This document shows positions 8,861-20,596 of a DNA stretch of 64,000 nucleotides, one piece after another. Each line of letters opens with the position of its first letter. Within the stretch, counting starts at the first letter, position 1. The notes under the pieces were generated by a model. It was given only the letters and a program-made list of their open reading frames with translations. It searched no databases and was not told the DNA's origin. Source of the stretch: Rhodocyclales bacterium (lineage in GTDB: Bacteria; Pseudomonadota; Gammaproteobacteria; Burkholderiales; Rhodocyclaceae); NCBI GenBank assembly GCA_003105015.1, contig PQAF01000037.1, forward strand, positions 4,583 to 68,582, written 5' to 3'. The position numbers and the translations under genes are program-made.

Positions 8861-10683
8861 CAGGACAGGGTGAAGTAGAAAGTGGCGCCCTTGTCGGTCT
8901 CGCCTTCGGCCCAGACCAGGCCGCCGTGGCGCTGGACGATGCGCTGCACCGTGGCCAGGCCGATGCCGGTGCCGGCGAACTCCTTGACGCCGTGCAGCCG
9001 CTGGAAGGCGCCGAAGAGTTTGTCGGCGTACTTCATGTCGAAGCCGGCGCCGTCGTCCCTGACGTAGTAGGCGAGGCTGCTGCCGGTCCGACGTGCGCCG
9101 AACTCGACGCTGGCGACCGCCTTGCGGGCGGTGAACTTCCAGGCGTTCGACAGCAGGTTGTGCAGGGCGACGCGCAGCAGGCGTTCGTCGCCGCGGGCCC
9201 GGATATCCGGCATGGCGGTGAATTCGACCTCGCGATCCGGCTCGGCGTGCTGCAGTTCCCGCGCGATCGATTCGGCGAGGCGCGAGAGGTTGACCTCGGC
9301 CAGGTGGATGGGTTCGCGGGTGAGCTGGGCCAGATCGATCATGCCGTCGATGAGTTCGCTCATGCGCAGGGTCGCCGAACAGATGCGGCGCAGGTATTCC
9401 TTGCCGTGTTCGTCGAGCCGCTCGCCGTAGTCCTCCAGCAGCAGGCGCGCGAAGCCGTTGATGCCGCGCAGCGGCGAACGCAGGTCGTGCGAGACGGAGT
9501 AACTGAAACTCTCCAGTTCCCTGATCGAGGCCTGCAGTTCGGACGTGCGCTGGTTGACGTGGTCCTCCAGCTCCAGGTTGAGCTGGCGCAGCATGCCCTC
9601 GGCGTGCCGTCGGCGCTGACTGTTGCGGTAGGCCTCGATCAGCACGGCGCAGGTGGCGGTGAAGGGCTGCAACTGCTCCACCAGCGCCTCGTCGTAGCCG
9701 CCCGGCCGGTTGGCGACGGCAGCCATGCCGACCAGCTGTTCGCCGCGAAAGAGCGGCAGGCCCATGAAGGCGTCGAGGGGCGCATGTCCGGGCGGCAGGC
9801 CGCCGCGGCGGGGATCGTCTGCCGGGCGGTTGGACAGCACCGGCCGCCCGCTCGTCATGACGCGGCCGAACAGGGTATTGGGATTGCGGAACTCGAAACC
9901 GCCGCTGACATAGCTGCGGTAGAGCTGGCGCGAGGCGTCGTCCCAGGAAATGTCGGTGATGGCGTAGGGCCGCAGGTAGGGCGCATTCGACTCGTCGCGA
10001 AACACTTCCCCGATGAAGCCGTACTGGCTGTCGGTGATGTCGAGCAGATGTCCGAGCAGGCGATCGAAGGTCGGATGCGGGTCGGCATCCGCGATGAAAT
10101 CGGCCTGCGCCTCGCTCACCGCATGCAGCATGCGATTCTTGTCGAGGATGAGCTGCTCGATGCGCTTGCGGTCGCTGATGTCGCGGGTGATGGAAAGCAT
10201 GCAGGGGTCGCCGTTCAGTTCGACCAGGCTGGCGGAAAACAGGCTGTCGAAAAGCCGCCCCGACTTGTGGCGGAAGCGGATCTCCTCGTTGACGATGGCA
10301 CCCTGCTTGCGCAACCGGGCGATGACCTGCTCGCGCTGGGCGGGCTCGGGCCAGGCGCCCATGTCGACGGCCTTGTGGCCGATGACCTCCTGGGGGGAAA
10401 AGCCGAACACCCGCTCGAAGGCCGGATTGACGTCCACGTAGCAGCCGCTGGTCAGGGAACTGGTGGCGATGGCGTCGGGACTGGCGGCATAGATGCGCGA
10501 GAGCTTCTCTTCCGAGACGCGCAGCGCCGACTCGGTCTGCTTGTGCTCGTGGCTGATCTGCTCGAGCAGGGTGTTGTGCGCCCAGGCCAGTTCGGCCTCG
10601 TGCGATTCCAGTTCGGCGACGCGCTTTCTCAGCGCCGTCAGCTCGGCCTGCAGATCGGAGGTGCTGTCGGTGGGTTGCTTCAT
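8860..10683 (-). CDS. Cytoplasmic PAS-GAF sensor histidine kinase
   Basis: PAS (VNPAFERVFG), GAF, H-box FSYSVSHDLRSPLR, N-box NLLSNAWKF, G-boxes DDGAGF and GTGIGL. No TM segment. Start could also be 10698. Confidence 0.92.
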   Translation of the reverse strand: MKQPTDSTSDLQAELTALRKRVAELESHEAELAWAHNTLLEQISHEHKQTESALRVSEEKLSRIYAASPDAIATSSLTSGCYVDVNPAFERVFGFSPQEVIGHKAVDMGAWPEPAQREQVIARLRKQGAIVNEEIRFRHKSGRLFDSLFSASLVELNGDPCMLSITRDISDRKRIEQLILDKNRMLHAVSEAQADFIADADPHPTFDRLLGHLLDITDSQYGFIGEVFRDESNAPYLRPYAITDISWDDASRQLYRSYVSGGFEFRNPNTLFGRVMTSGRPVLSNRPADDPRRGGLPPGHAPLDAFMGLPLFRGEQLVGMAAVANRPGGYDEALVEQLQPFTATCAVLIEAYRNSQRRRHAEGMLRQLNLELEDHVNQRTSELQASIRELESFSYSVSHDLRSPLRGINGFARLLLEDYGERLDEHGKEYLRRICSATLRMSELIDGMIDLAQLTREPIHLAEVNLSRLAESIARELQHAEPDREVEFTAMPDIRARGDERLLRVALHNLLSNAWKFTARKAVASVEFGARRTGSSLAYYVRDDGAGFDMKYADKLFGAFQRLHGVKEFAGTGIGLATVQRIVQRHGGLVWAEGETDKGATFYFTLS

Positions 10684-10782
10684 GCCCGGCAATGACATTG
10701 CTCTTGCCCGGATTTTCCACCGATTCGGGACGCGCCTCAAGCGCTGCCGTGAAGATGTGCGGGAGGTTTTCCTGAAAGCAAG

Positions 10783-10807
10783 AAAAAGGCGGCCCGCAGG
10801 CCGCCTT
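10783..10807 (-). terminator. Intrinsic terminator downstream of paaK
   Basis: Minus strand AAGGCGGCC-TGCG-GGCCGCCTT followed by TTT; 9-bp stem. Confidence 0.75.
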
Positions 10808-10825
10808 CTGGACGGGCGAGGCCGG

Positions 10826-12139
10826 CTATTTCGGCCGCTTGTCGATGACGCGCTTGGCCTTGCCGATCGAGCGTTCGATGGCGTTCTGGCCGACGACGCG
10901 CACCTGGGTGGACACGCCGATGTAGGACTTGATGTGGTGCTGCAGTTCCTTCGCCGCCGCCTGCTGATCGGCCGCCGGCGCCTGGGCGAACTCCGGCTTC
11001 ATCTCGACCAGCACGTCGAGCTCGTCCATGTGGTCGGGGCGGGAGACCTCCAGCACGTAGTGCGGCGCCAGCTTCGGCATCTTCAGGATCAGCTCCTCGA
11101 TCTGCGAGGGGAAGACGTTCACGCCGCGGATGATCAGCATGTCGTCGGAGCGGCCGGTGATCTTGTCCATGCGGCGGAAGGAGCGTGCGGTCGGCGCCAG
11201 CAGTCGGGTGAGGTCGCGCGTGCGGTAGCGGATGATCGGCAGCGCCTCCTTGGCGAGCGAGGTGAATACCAGCTCTCCCGTGGCACCGTCGGGCTGCACC
11301 TCGCCGGTGACCGGATCGATGATCTCCGGATAGAAGAAATCCTCCCAGATCACGAGGCCGTCCTTGGTCTCGATGCACTCGTTGGCGACGCCGGGGCCCA
11401 TCACCTCGGACAGGCCGTAGATGTCGACGGCGTCGATGCCGAGGCGCTTCTCGATCTCGGCGCGCATCTGGTTGGTCCATGGCTCGGCGCCGAAGATGCC
11501 GACCGACAGCGAGCACTTGGCCGGGTCGTGGCCCTGGCGCTCGAACTCGTCGGCGATGGCCAGGCTGTAGGAGGGCGTGACCATGATGATGTCCGGCTTG
11601 AAGTCGATGATCAGCTGCACCTGCTTCTCGGTCTGGCCGCCGGACATCGGGATCACCGTGCAGCCGAGGCGCTCGGCGCCATAATGGGCGCCGAGGCCGC
11701 CGGTGAACAGGCCGTAGCCATAGGCGACATGCACCAGGTCGCCGGGCCGGCCGCCGGAGGCGCGGATGGAGCGCGCCATCAGGTTGGCCCAGTCGTCGAT
11801 GTCCTTCTTCGTGTAGCCGACCACGGTCGGCTTGCCGGTGGTGCCGCTCGAGGCGTGGATGCGCACGACCTGCTCGCGCGGCACGGCGAACATGCTGAAG
11901 GGATAGTTCTCGCGCAGGTCCTGCTTGGTGGTGAAGGGGAACTTGGCGAGGTCGGAAAGCTGCTTCAGGTCCTCCGGCTTGACTCCGGCGGCGTCGAACT
12001 TCTTGCGGTAGTGCGGGACGTTGTCGTAGGCGTGCTTGAGCGACCATTTCAGGCGCTGCAACTGCACGGCGGCGATTTCGTCGCGACTGGCCTTTTCGAT
12101 CGGCTCCAGGTCGCCCGGCTTGGGCATTTTCGTTGGCAT
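10826..12139 (-). CDS. paaK: Phenylacetate-CoA ligase
   Basis: RIHASSGTTGKPTVVGYT, YGYGLFTGGLGAHYG, DIYGLSEVMGPGV, RYRTRD; lies in a paa cluster. Confidence 0.95.
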   Translation of the reverse strand: MPTKMPKPGDLEPIEKASRDEIAAVQLQRLKWSLKHAYDNVPHYRKKFDAAGVKPEDLKQLSDLAKFPFTTKQDLRENYPFSMFAVPREQVVRIHASSGTTGKPTVVGYTKKDIDDWANLMARSIRASGGRPGDLVHVAYGYGLFTGGLGAHYGAERLGCTVIPMSGGQTEKQVQLIIDFKPDIIMVTPSYSLAIADEFERQGHDPAKCSLSVGIFGAEPWTNQMRAEIEKRLGIDAVDIYGLSEVMGPGVANECIETKDGLVIWEDFFYPEIIDPVTGEVQPDGATGELVFTSLAKEALPIIRYRTRDLTRLLAPTARSFRRMDKITGRSDDMLIIRGVNVFPSQIEELILKMPKLAPHYVLEVSRPDHMDELDVLVEMKPEFAQAPAADQQAAAKELQHHIKSYIGVSTQVRVVGQNAIERSIGKAKRVIDKRPK

Positions 12140-12188
12140 GGTTGTCTCCTCCTTGTTCCTTGTTGCGTGATGCTCTCCCGTGTTCCTT

Positions 12189-13394
<1,206 letters not shown>

Positions 13395-13395
13395 C

Positions 13396-13842
13396 TCATT
13401 CTCCTTGGGTTTTGACCGTTTCGCCCGGTATGCGGTGCGACTTGCCGCGGAACACGGCAATGCGCTTGCCATCCTGGTTGCGCACATCGATGTCATAGAT
13501 GCCGCTGCGGCCGGCGAGCGTCCGTTCCTCCGCCACGGCGGTCAGCAGGTCGCCGACGTGGGCAGGGGCGAGGAAGTCGATCGTGCAACCCGAGGCGACG
13601 GCATTGTGGTTGTGGCTGTTGCAGGAATAGGCGAAGGCCGAGTCCGCCAGCGTGAAAATGAAGCCGCCATGGCACATGCCATGGCCGTTGACCATGTGCT
13701 CGGTCACGTGCAGGCTCATGCGCGCATAGCCGGGCCGGATCTCGTCCAGGGCGATCCTGAGAAATTGCGAGGTGCGATCCTTGGCGTACATCTCGCGGCC
13801 GACGGCTTCGGCCAGTTCCTGTGCTTTTCGGGCAGGGCTCAT
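13396..13842 (-). CDS. paaI: Phenylacetyl-CoA thioesterase
   Basis: [25 protein letters not shown] hot-dog signature; paa context. Confidence 0.93.
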   Translation of the reverse strand: MSPARKAQELAEAVGREMYAKDRTSQFLRIALDEIRPGYARMSLHVTEHMVNGHGMCHGGFIFTLADSAFAYSCNSHNHNAVASGCTIDFLAPAHVGDLLTAVAEERTLAGRSGIYDIDVRNQDGKRIAVFRGKSHRIPGETVKTQGE

Positions 13843-13851
13843 CGGCGAAGT

Positions 13852-14649
13852 TTACTTTCCCTTGAAGGCCGGCATGCGCTTCTCCATGAAGGCGGTCACG
13901 CCCTCGCGGTAGTCCTCGCTGCGGCCAAGCGTGCGCTGGGTGTCGCGTTCCAGGTCGAGCTGCTGCTCGAGCGTGTTGTGCGGGGAAGCATACAGCGAGC
14001 GTTTGATGGCCGCATAGGCGAGCGGCGGACCCTGCGCGAAACGGGCGGCCAGCGCCTCGGCTTCGATCATCAGGATTTCATCGTCCACGCATTTCCAGAT
14101 CAGCCCCCAGGCCTCGGCCTGCTCACCGGTCAGCTTGTCCGCAGTCAGCACAAGTCCCATGGCGCGCGCCGTGCCGGCCAGTCGCGGCAGGAAGTAGCTG
14201 CCGCCGCAATCCGGCCCCAGGCCAAGCTTGCTGAAGGCCTGGATGAACACCGCCGAGCGGGCAGCGAGGACGATGTCGCAGGCGAAGGCCAGGTTGGCAC
14301 CGGCACCGGCGGCGGCGCCATTGACTGCGGCAATCACCGGTAGAGGCAAGGCGCGCAGTGCCAGCACCAGCGGTTTGTAATAGCTCTCGATCGAATGGCC
14401 CAGATCGGGTGGAGGTGAACCGGGCGGCATGATGCGCTCGGCCAGATCCTGGCCTGTGCAGAAGGCACGGCCGGCGCCGCTCAGGATCAGGGCGCGGGCG
14501 CCCTCCGCCTGCGAGCGTTCGATGGCCTGGCGCAGTTCGCCATGCATCGCCGCGGTGAAGCTGTTCAGCTTGTCCGGGCGGTTCAGCGTGATGCGGGCGA
14601 CGCCGTCGCGGCATTCATAGAGCACATCGCTCATGGGCAATTCGGCCAT
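13852..14649 (-). CDS. paaG: 2-(1,2-epoxy-1,2-dihydrophenyl)acetyl-CoA isomerase (crotonase fold)
   Basis: TLNRPDKLNSF, GRAFCTGQDL, GAGANLAFACD, PDCGGSYFLPRL. Start may be the second Met (14634). Confidence 0.9.
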   Translation of the reverse strand: MAELPMSDVLYECRDGVARITLNRPDKLNSFTAAMHGELRQAIERSQAEGARALILSGAGRAFCTGQDLAERIMPPGSPPPDLGHSIESYYKPLVLALRALPLPVIAAVNGAAAGAGANLAFACDIVLAARSAVFIQAFSKLGLGPDCGGSYFLPRLAGTARAMGLVLTADKLTGEQAEAWGLIWKCVDDEILMIEAEALAARFAQGPPLAYAAIKRSLYASPHNTLEQQLDLERDTQRTLGRSEDYREGVTAFMEKRMPAFKGK

Positions 14650-14656
14650 CCGAAAT

Positions 14657-14694
14657 GATACAAAAACCTACAAAGTATTGTTTTTATGAGTATC
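14657..14694. promoter_or_regulatory. Putative PaaX operator in the paaG/paaY divergent promoter
   Basis: GATACA-N26-AGTATC, one mismatch from the GATACA-N26-TGTATC operator I recall for Pseudomonas PaaX; AT-rich spacer. Confidence 0.6.
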
Positions 14695-14760
14695 GTTTTA
14701 CATCGCTTTCGCCATGCTACATAATTCAGCTCTGGCAGACAACCTGCAACATGATTCCTT

Positions 14761-15399
14761 ATGGTCAAGGTCTATTCGATCGAAGGCGTGACCCCCGTCG
14801 TTCATCCGACGGCGTTCGTCCATGCCTCGGCCGTTCTCATCGGCGACGTCATTATCGGTCCTGACTGTTATATCGGGCCGAATGCCTGCCTGCGTGGCGA
14901 TTTTGGCCGGATCCTGATCGGGGAGGGCGTCAATATCCAGGATTGCTGCATCGTGCATGGCTTCCCCGAGCGCGATACCTTGGTCGAGGACAACGGCCAT
15001 ATCGGCCATGGCGCTATCCTGCATTGCTGCCGCATCGGCCGCAATGCACTGGTTGGCATGAATGCGGTGGTGATGGACAAGGCGGAGGTCGGGGAGTCGT
15101 CCATCGTGGCCGCCATGGCATTCGTCAAGGCCGGCATGGTGGTGCCGCCGAAAAGCCTGGCGGCGGGCATTCCGGCCAAGGTGGTGCGCGAACTGACAGA
15201 GCAGGAAATGGCCTGGAAAGTCGAGGGTACTGTCCTGTACCAGCATCTGGCGCGCCGTTCGCTGGCGACCATGACCGAGACTGCCGCCCTGACCGAAGTC
15301 GAAGCAGATCGCAAGCGCATCCTTCTGCCTGAAATCAAGCCCCTCATCGAAGCCAAGGCTGAGTGGGCCGGAGCAGCGGCCGAAAACAAGGACGAATAG
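14761..15399 (+). CDS. paaY: PaaY, gamma-carbonic-anhydrase-like hexapeptide-repeat thioesterase
   Basis: VHPTAFVHASAVLIGDVIIG...LRGDFGRI...NIQDCCIVHGFP...HIGHGAILH. Confidence 0.92.
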   Translation: MVKVYSIEGVTPVVHPTAFVHASAVLIGDVIIGPDCYIGPNACLRGDFGRILIGEGVNIQDCCIVHGFPERDTLVEDNGHIGHGAILHCCRIGRNALVGMNAVVMDKAEVGESSIVAAMAFVKAGMVVPPKSLAAGIPAKVVRELTEQEMAWKVEGTVLYQHLARRSLATMTETAALTEVEADRKRILLPEIKPLIEAKAEWAGAAAENKDE

Positions 15400-15431
15400 T
15401 CGTCCGGACGCCTGTTTCCTCTCTGGAGAGG

Positions 15432-15454
15432 GGTCATAATGTGATATTATGACC
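15432..15454. promoter_or_regulatory. Perfect palindrome upstream of sucC (unknown operator)
   Basis: GGTCATAAT-GTGAT-ATTATGACC, 9-bp inverted repeat with 5-nt spacer in the paaY-sucC gap. Confidence 0.45.
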
Positions 15455-15558
15455 AGCTACATGAAACCTATTGCGTTTCTCCGAAAGGCTGCGCTTCCTG
15501 GCGCCTCGATTGGCCTTTCCGGCATGCCTTCTTCAGCATCAACCAGCAAGGAAAAAGC

Positions 15559-16725
15559 ATGAAAATCCATGAATACCAGGGCAAGGAGATCCTGAGAAAG
15601 TTCGGGGTCGCCACGCCGCGCGGCAAGGCCTGCTTTTCCGTCGACGAGGCGGTCAAGGCGGCCGGGGAACTCGGCGGCAAGGTTTGGGTGGTCAAGGCGC
15701 AGATCCACGCCGGCGGCCGCGGCAAGGGCGGCGGCGTCAAGGTGGCGAAATCGATGGATGAAGTGCGCCAGTACGCCGGACAGATCCTCGGCATGCAGTT
15801 GAAGACGCACCAGACCGGGCCGGAGGGCCAGAAAGTGCGCCGACTGCTGATCGAGGAAGGCGCCGACATCAAGAAGGAACTCTATGTCGGCATGGTGGTG
15901 GACCGCGTCACGCAGAAGGTCTGCCTGATGGCCTCCAGCGAGGGCGGCATGGACATCGAGGAAGTTGCCGCGCATACGCCGGAAAAGATCCACAAGGTGT
16001 TCGTCGATCCGGCCGCCGGCCTGAAAGATGCAGAGGCTGACGATGTCGCCCGCAAGATCGGCGTGCCGGAGGCCTCGGTGCCGCAGGCGCGCAGCGTCCT
16101 GCAGGGGCTGTACAAAGCCTTCTGGGAGACCGATGCCAGCCTGGCCGAGATCAACCCGCTGATCCTCACCGGCGACGGCAAGGTCATCGCCCTCGACGCC
16201 AAGATGAACTTCGATTCCAACGCCCTGTTCCGCCATGAGGACATCGTCGCCATGCGCGACCTTGACGAGGAAGATCCGGCCGAGATCGAGGCCTCCAAGT
16301 ACGACCTCTCCTATATTTCCCTCGACGGCAACATCGGTTGCCTGGTGAACGGCGCCGGCCTGGCCATGGCGACCATGGACACCATCAAGCTGTTCGGTGC
16401 CGAGCCGGCCAACTTCCTCGACGTGGGCGGCGGCGCCACCACCGAGAAGGTGACTGAGGCCTTCAAGCTGATGCTCGGCAACCCGAAGGTGAAGGGCATC
16501 CTGGTGAACATCTTCGGCGGCATCATGCGCTGCGACACCATCGCCACCGGCGTGGTGGCGGCGGCCAAGGAGGTCCATCTCTCTGTGCCGCTGGTGGTGC
16601 GCATGCGCGGCACCAACGAGGACATCGGCAAGCAGATCCTCAAGGATTCCGGCCTGCCCATCATTTCCGCCAGCGACATGGCCGATGCGGCGCAGAAGAT
16701 CGTCGCCGCGGTCTCCGGCAAGTAA
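15559..16725 (+). CDS. sucC: Succinyl-CoA synthetase beta subunit
   Basis: [50 protein letters not shown]. Confidence 0.98.
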   Translation: MKIHEYQGKEILRKFGVATPRGKACFSVDEAVKAAGELGGKVWVVKAQIHAGGRGKGGGVKVAKSMDEVRQYAGQILGMQLKTHQTGPEGQKVRRLLIEEGADIKKELYVGMVVDRVTQKVCLMASSEGGMDIEEVAAHTPEKIHKVFVDPAAGLKDAEADDVARKIGVPEASVPQARSVLQGLYKAFWETDASLAEINPLILTGDGKVIALDAKMNFDSNALFRHEDIVAMRDLDEEDPAEIEASKYDLSYISLDGNIGCLVNGAGLAMATMDTIKLFGAEPANFLDVGGGATTEKVTEAFKLMLGNPKVKGILVNIFGGIMRCDTIATGVVAAAKEVHLSVPLVVRMRGTNEDIGKQILKDSGLPIISASDMADAAQKIVAAVSGK

Positions 16726-16736
16726 GGGATACGAGC

Positions 16737-17624
16737 ATGAGCATTCTGATCAACAAGAACACCCGGGTCGTCACGCAGGGCATCACCGGCAAGACCGGCC
16801 AGTTCCACACCAAGATGAGCAAGGAGTACGCCAATGGCGCGAATTGCTACGTGGCAGGCGTGAATCCGAAAAAGGCCGGCGAATCCTACGAGGGCATCCC
16901 CATCTTCGCCTCGGTGAAGGAGGCGAAGAAGCAGACCGGCGTCAACACCTCGGTCATCTACGTGCCGCCCCCCTTCGCCGCCGCCGCCATCTGGGAGGCG
17001 GTCGAGGCTGAATTGGACCTGGTCATTTGCATCACCGAGGGTATCCCGGTGAGAGACATGGTCGAGGTCAAGGACAAGATGCGCAAGGCCGGTTCGAAGA
17101 CCATCCTGTGCGGTCCCAACTGCCCCGGCATCATCACGCCTGACGAGATTAAGATCGGCATCATGCCCGGCCATATCCACATGAAGGGCCGCATCGGCGT
17201 GGTGTCGCGCTCCGGCACCCTGACGTATGAAGCGGTGGGCCAGCTCTCCGACCTCGGACTGGGCCAGTCGACTGCAGTGGGCATCGGCGGAGATCCGGTG
17301 AACGGGCTCAAGCACAAGGACGTGCTGGAGCTGTTCATGAACGACCCGGACACCGACGCTGTCATCATGATCGGCGAGATCGGCGGTTCAGACGAGGAAG
17401 CCGCTGCCCAGTGGTACGCCAGCGAGTGCAAGAACAAGAAGCCGGTTGTCGGTTTCATTGCCGGCGTGACAGCCCCGCCCGGCAAGCGCATGGGTCATGC
17501 CGGAGCAATTATTTCCGGCGGCAAGGGCACGGCGCAGGAGAAGCTGGCGGTAATGGAGGCCTGCGGCATCAGGACGACCAAAAACCCCGCCGAGATGGGC
17601 CGGTTGCTCAAATCCGTCCTCTAA
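16737..17624 (+). CDS. sucD: Succinyl-CoA synthetase alpha subunit
   Basis: [33 protein letters not shown] phosphohistidine motif. Confidence 0.98.
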   Translation: MSILINKNTRVVTQGITGKTGQFHTKMSKEYANGANCYVAGVNPKKAGESYEGIPIFASVKEAKKQTGVNTSVIYVPPPFAAAAIWEAVEAELDLVICITEGIPVRDMVEVKDKMRKAGSKTILCGPNCPGIITPDEIKIGIMPGHIHMKGRIGVVSRSGTLTYEAVGQLSDLGLGQSTAVGIGGDPVNGLKHKDVLELFMNDPDTDAVIMIGEIGGSDEEAAAQWYASECKNKKPVVGFIAGVTAPPGKRMGHAGAIISGGKGTAQEKLAVMEACGIRTTKNPAEMGRLLKSVL

Positions 17625-17644
17625 TCGTTTCTTGTAGTATTTGA

Positions 17645-17675
17645 CAGCAACGCCGCCCCAAGGGCGGCGTTGCTG
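17645..17675 (+). terminator. Terminator hairpin after sucD
   Basis: CAGCAACGCCGCCC-CAA-GGGCGGCGTTGCTG 14-bp stem followed by TTT. Confidence 0.75.
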
Positions 17676-17930
17676 TTTGCAGACCTTGGGCAATGACTGA
17701 AATGCCTTCAAATTTGCGGCCAAGAAATATTTGACTATCTTCATGTTTGCCTGTAAGAATTACGATTAAATTGCTGTTTCTACGCAGGTTGGTCGGCTTT
17801 AAGGGTATGCTTGCAGCCTGCGGCATAACGTTTCAAGCTGTGCGCGAATGTGTTGCGGGTCGGGTGTCCGCATGCGCACGGTTGCTTCTCCAATAAAGAC
17901 AAAATATTCGGCAGGAGAGGACAGCGCAGC

Positions 17931-20513
17931 GTGTCAAAGACTTTCTGGAAAACCGATTGGTTCATCGGCGTTGTCGTGAGCGTGGTCATGCTCTTTGCAG
18001 GCAGCGGCGAATTGCTGCAGAGCCTGGAGCGCAAGGCCTACGACCTTGGCGTCGGTGCAGTCTCTCGAGAACCAAGCAGCAAGATCGCCGTCATCGCAAT
18101 CGACAAGCAGAGTATCGACAACCTCGGCCGTTGGCCCTGGTCGCGCGAAGTGCATGCAAAGATGATCGACGGACTGGCGGCCGCCAAGGCCAAGGTTATC
18201 GCTTCATCCATTTTCTTCTCCGAGCCCCAGATCGATCCCGGGCTCGCCTACATCAACAAGCTGATCGAACTCTACGGCCAGGCCGGTGGTGCGCCGCTGA
18301 CGGGTGCGCCGGAGGCGCTGGCGGCCCAGTTGCCTCCCTTGGGGCAGTTCGGCCCGGTGTTGGCCGAGGCTGAACAGAAGCTCAATAGCGACCGACGCAT
18401 GGGCGAATCGGTCGCCAAGTCGGGCAATGTCGTCCTGCCGATGCTGTTTCGGCTCGGGGAGCCGCGCGGGAGGCCGGACAGGCCCTTGCCGGACTTCATC
18501 AAGAAAAATGCGATTTCCCAAGTCGAAAAAGGCGAGGAGGCGCCGCTTCTTACCTCTGACGTGGAGGCACCGGTCGTCGAGGTGCTCGGCCTCAGCGCTG
18601 CGGCAATCGGCCATCTCAACGTCAATCCCGACGTGGATGGCGGCATACGTACCGAGCCGCTGGTGCTGGCCCATTTCAACGAAATCTACCCCTCCCTTTC
18701 CCTGATGATCGCGGCCAAGAGCCTCAATCTCGGCGTCGCCGACATCAAGGTCAAGCTGGGCGATTCGGTAAGGCTGGGCAATCTGAAGATCGGCACCGAC
18801 CCGGTCATGCAGATGAATACCTTCTTCTACAAGGATCACGAGGGCAAACCTGCCTTCCAGGTGGATTCGTTCTTCGACGTGACCAGCGGCAAGATCCCCC
18901 TGGACAAGTACAAGGACAAGATCGTACTGATCGGACCGACGGCCGCCGGTATCGGCAGCATCTTCGTTACGCCCGTGTCGCCAGCCATGCCGGCAGTGCT
19001 GATGCAGGCGCATACCGTGTCCAGCATCCTCCAAGAGCATTTCTTCGTCGTTCCGACATGGGGCTGGATCGTCGAGCGGGTGGCCTTCCTTCTGGTGGCC
19101 GTCTACCTCATCGCGCTGCTGCCGCGCCTCAAGGCAGGCATGGGGGCGGGCGTGACCGTGGGCCTGTTCGTAGTCCTGGTGGCGGCGCATTTCGTCCTCA
19201 TGACGACGCAATTGATGTGGCTGCAACTCATGGTGCCAGCAACCTTGCTGTTGGTGGGCCATGCCCTGCTGACCACCAAGCGCTTCCTCGTTACCGAACG
19301 CGGCAAGGAGAAATCGGAGGCCGAGTCGGCCGAGTCGAACCGCATGCTGGGCCTGGCCTTCCAGGGCCAGGGCCAGCTCGACATGGCCTTCGACAAATTC
19401 CGCAAGTGCCCGATGGACGAGGCCGTGATGGAAAACCTCTACAACCTGGGACTGGACTTCGAGCGCAAGCGCCAGTTCAACAAGGCCGAGTCGGTTTTTC
19501 GCTACATGGCTGATTTCAACCCGAAGTTTCGCGACCTGGAAACACGGCTGAATCGGGCCAAGGCCATGTCGGAGACTGTGATGCTGGGCGGCGGCGGGCG
19601 ATCGACCGCACAGGGCACCATGATTCTCGAGGGCGGTCAGGTGGAAAAACCCATGCTTGGCCGCTATCAGGTCGAGAAGGAACTCGGCAAGGGCGCCATG
19701 GGCGTGGTGTACCTTGGCCGCGATCCGAAGATCAACCGCGTCGTGGCCATCAAGACCATGGCGTTGTCGCAGGAGTTCGAGGAAGACGAACTCAAGGATG
19801 TGAAGGAGCGCTTTTTCCGGGAGGCTGAAACGGCAGGCCGCCTGAATCACCCGAACATCGTGACCATTTTCGATGCCGGCGAGGAACATGACCTGGCCTA
19901 TATCGCCATGGAATTCCTCAAGGGCAAGGATCTGGTCCCATACACCAAGACCGGCAACCTGATGCCGCTCGCCAAAGTGATGGACATAGTCGCCCGCGTC
20001 GCCGATGCGCTTTCCTACGCCCACCAGAACAGCGTGGTCCATCGTGACATCAAACCGGCCAACATCATGTACGAACCGGAGTCCGATGCGGTCAAAGTGA
20101 CCGATTTCGGCATTGCCCGCATTACCGATTCGTCGAAGACCAAGACGGGCATGGTGTTGGGCACGCCCAGCTACATGTCGCCGGAACAACTGGCCGGCAA
20201 GAAGATCGACGGTCGCTCCGACCTTTTCTCCCTCGGCGTCATGCTCTACCAGATGGCTTGCGGCAAGCTGCCCTTCGAAGGCGATTCGATGGCCCAGTTG
20301 ATGTTCAAGATCGCAAACGAACCGCACCCCCACATCCGCGAGTTCAATCCGCAGGTGCCGGAGTGTCTGGCGGCGATCATCGACCGGGCGCTGGCCAAGG
20401 ACAATGCACAGCGTTACCAGACCGGCGCCGAAATGGCGGCCGACTTGCGTGCCTGCATGGGCTTGAGCACGGGCGGAGGGGCACCTTCGCCGCAGGTTGA
20501 TTTCAATCTTTGA
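17931..20513 (+). CDS. CHASE2-domain membrane Ser/Thr protein kinase (Hanks type)
   Basis: GTG 17931 after AGGAGAGG. N-terminal TM, CHASE2-like region (IAVIAIDKQSIDNLGRWPWSR...KIVLIG), three TMs, TPR-like helices, then LGKGAMGVVY, VAIK, HRDIKPAN, DFG. Confidence 0.93.
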   Translation: MSKTFWKTDWFIGVVVSVVMLFAGSGELLQSLERKAYDLGVGAVSREPSSKIAVIAIDKQSIDNLGRWPWSREVHAKMIDGLAAAKAKVIASSIFFSEPQIDPGLAYINKLIELYGQAGGAPLTGAPEALAAQLPPLGQFGPVLAEAEQKLNSDRRMGESVAKSGNVVLPMLFRLGEPRGRPDRPLPDFIKKNAISQVEKGEEAPLLTSDVEAPVVEVLGLSAAAIGHLNVNPDVDGGIRTEPLVLAHFNEIYPSLSLMIAAKSLNLGVADIKVKLGDSVRLGNLKIGTDPVMQMNTFFYKDHEGKPAFQVDSFFDVTSGKIPLDKYKDKIVLIGPTAAGIGSIFVTPVSPAMPAVLMQAHTVSSILQEHFFVVPTWGWIVERVAFLLVAVYLIALLPRLKAGMGAGVTVGLFVVLVAAHFVLMTTQLMWLQLMVPATLLLVGHALLTTKRFLVTERGKEKSEAESAESNRMLGLAFQGQGQLDMAFDKFRKCPMDEAVMENLYNLGLDFERKRQFNKAESVFRYMADFNPKFRDLETRLNRAKAMSETVMLGGGGRSTAQGTMILEGGQVEKPMLGRYQVEKELGKGAMGVVYLGRDPKINRVVAIKTMALSQEFEEDELKDVKERFFREAETAGRLNHPNIVTIFDAGEEHDLAYIAMEFLKGKDLVPYTKTGNLMPLAKVMDIVARVADALSYAHQNSVVHRDIKPANIMYEPESDAVKVTDFGIARITDSSKTKTGMVLGTPSYMSPEQLAGKKIDGRSDLFSLGVMLYQMACGKLPFEGDSMAQLMFKIANEPHPHIREFNPQVPECLAAIIDRALAKDNAQRYQTGAEMAADLRACMGLSTGGGAPSPQVDFNL

Positions 20514-20596
20514 GAATATATGGACCCCCACGCTCACATTCGATCGCTGCCCCCCGAGGGGGCGCATGCCTTCCTTGGGACGGCCCGGCGGGAGGC

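Noticed and set aside
8108-10720. 870-aa ORF apparently fusing a long N-terminal region to the methyltransferase
   Set aside because: The N-terminal part is an alternative frame over the histidine kinase; the real methyltransferase starts at ATG 8860 overlapping the kinase stop.
17731-17766. Sigma70 promoter for the signalling block (TTGACT plus TAAGAA or TACGAT)
   Set aside because: No good -10 hexamer at 16-18 nt spacing from the -35; too weak to call.
18204-20567. Long antisense ORFs (also 26744-28690, 8848-10695, 5616-7703, 10493-12205, 28618-30147)
   Set aside because: Shadows of well-supported genes on the opposite strand, expected from high-GC codon bias; no recognisable motifs.
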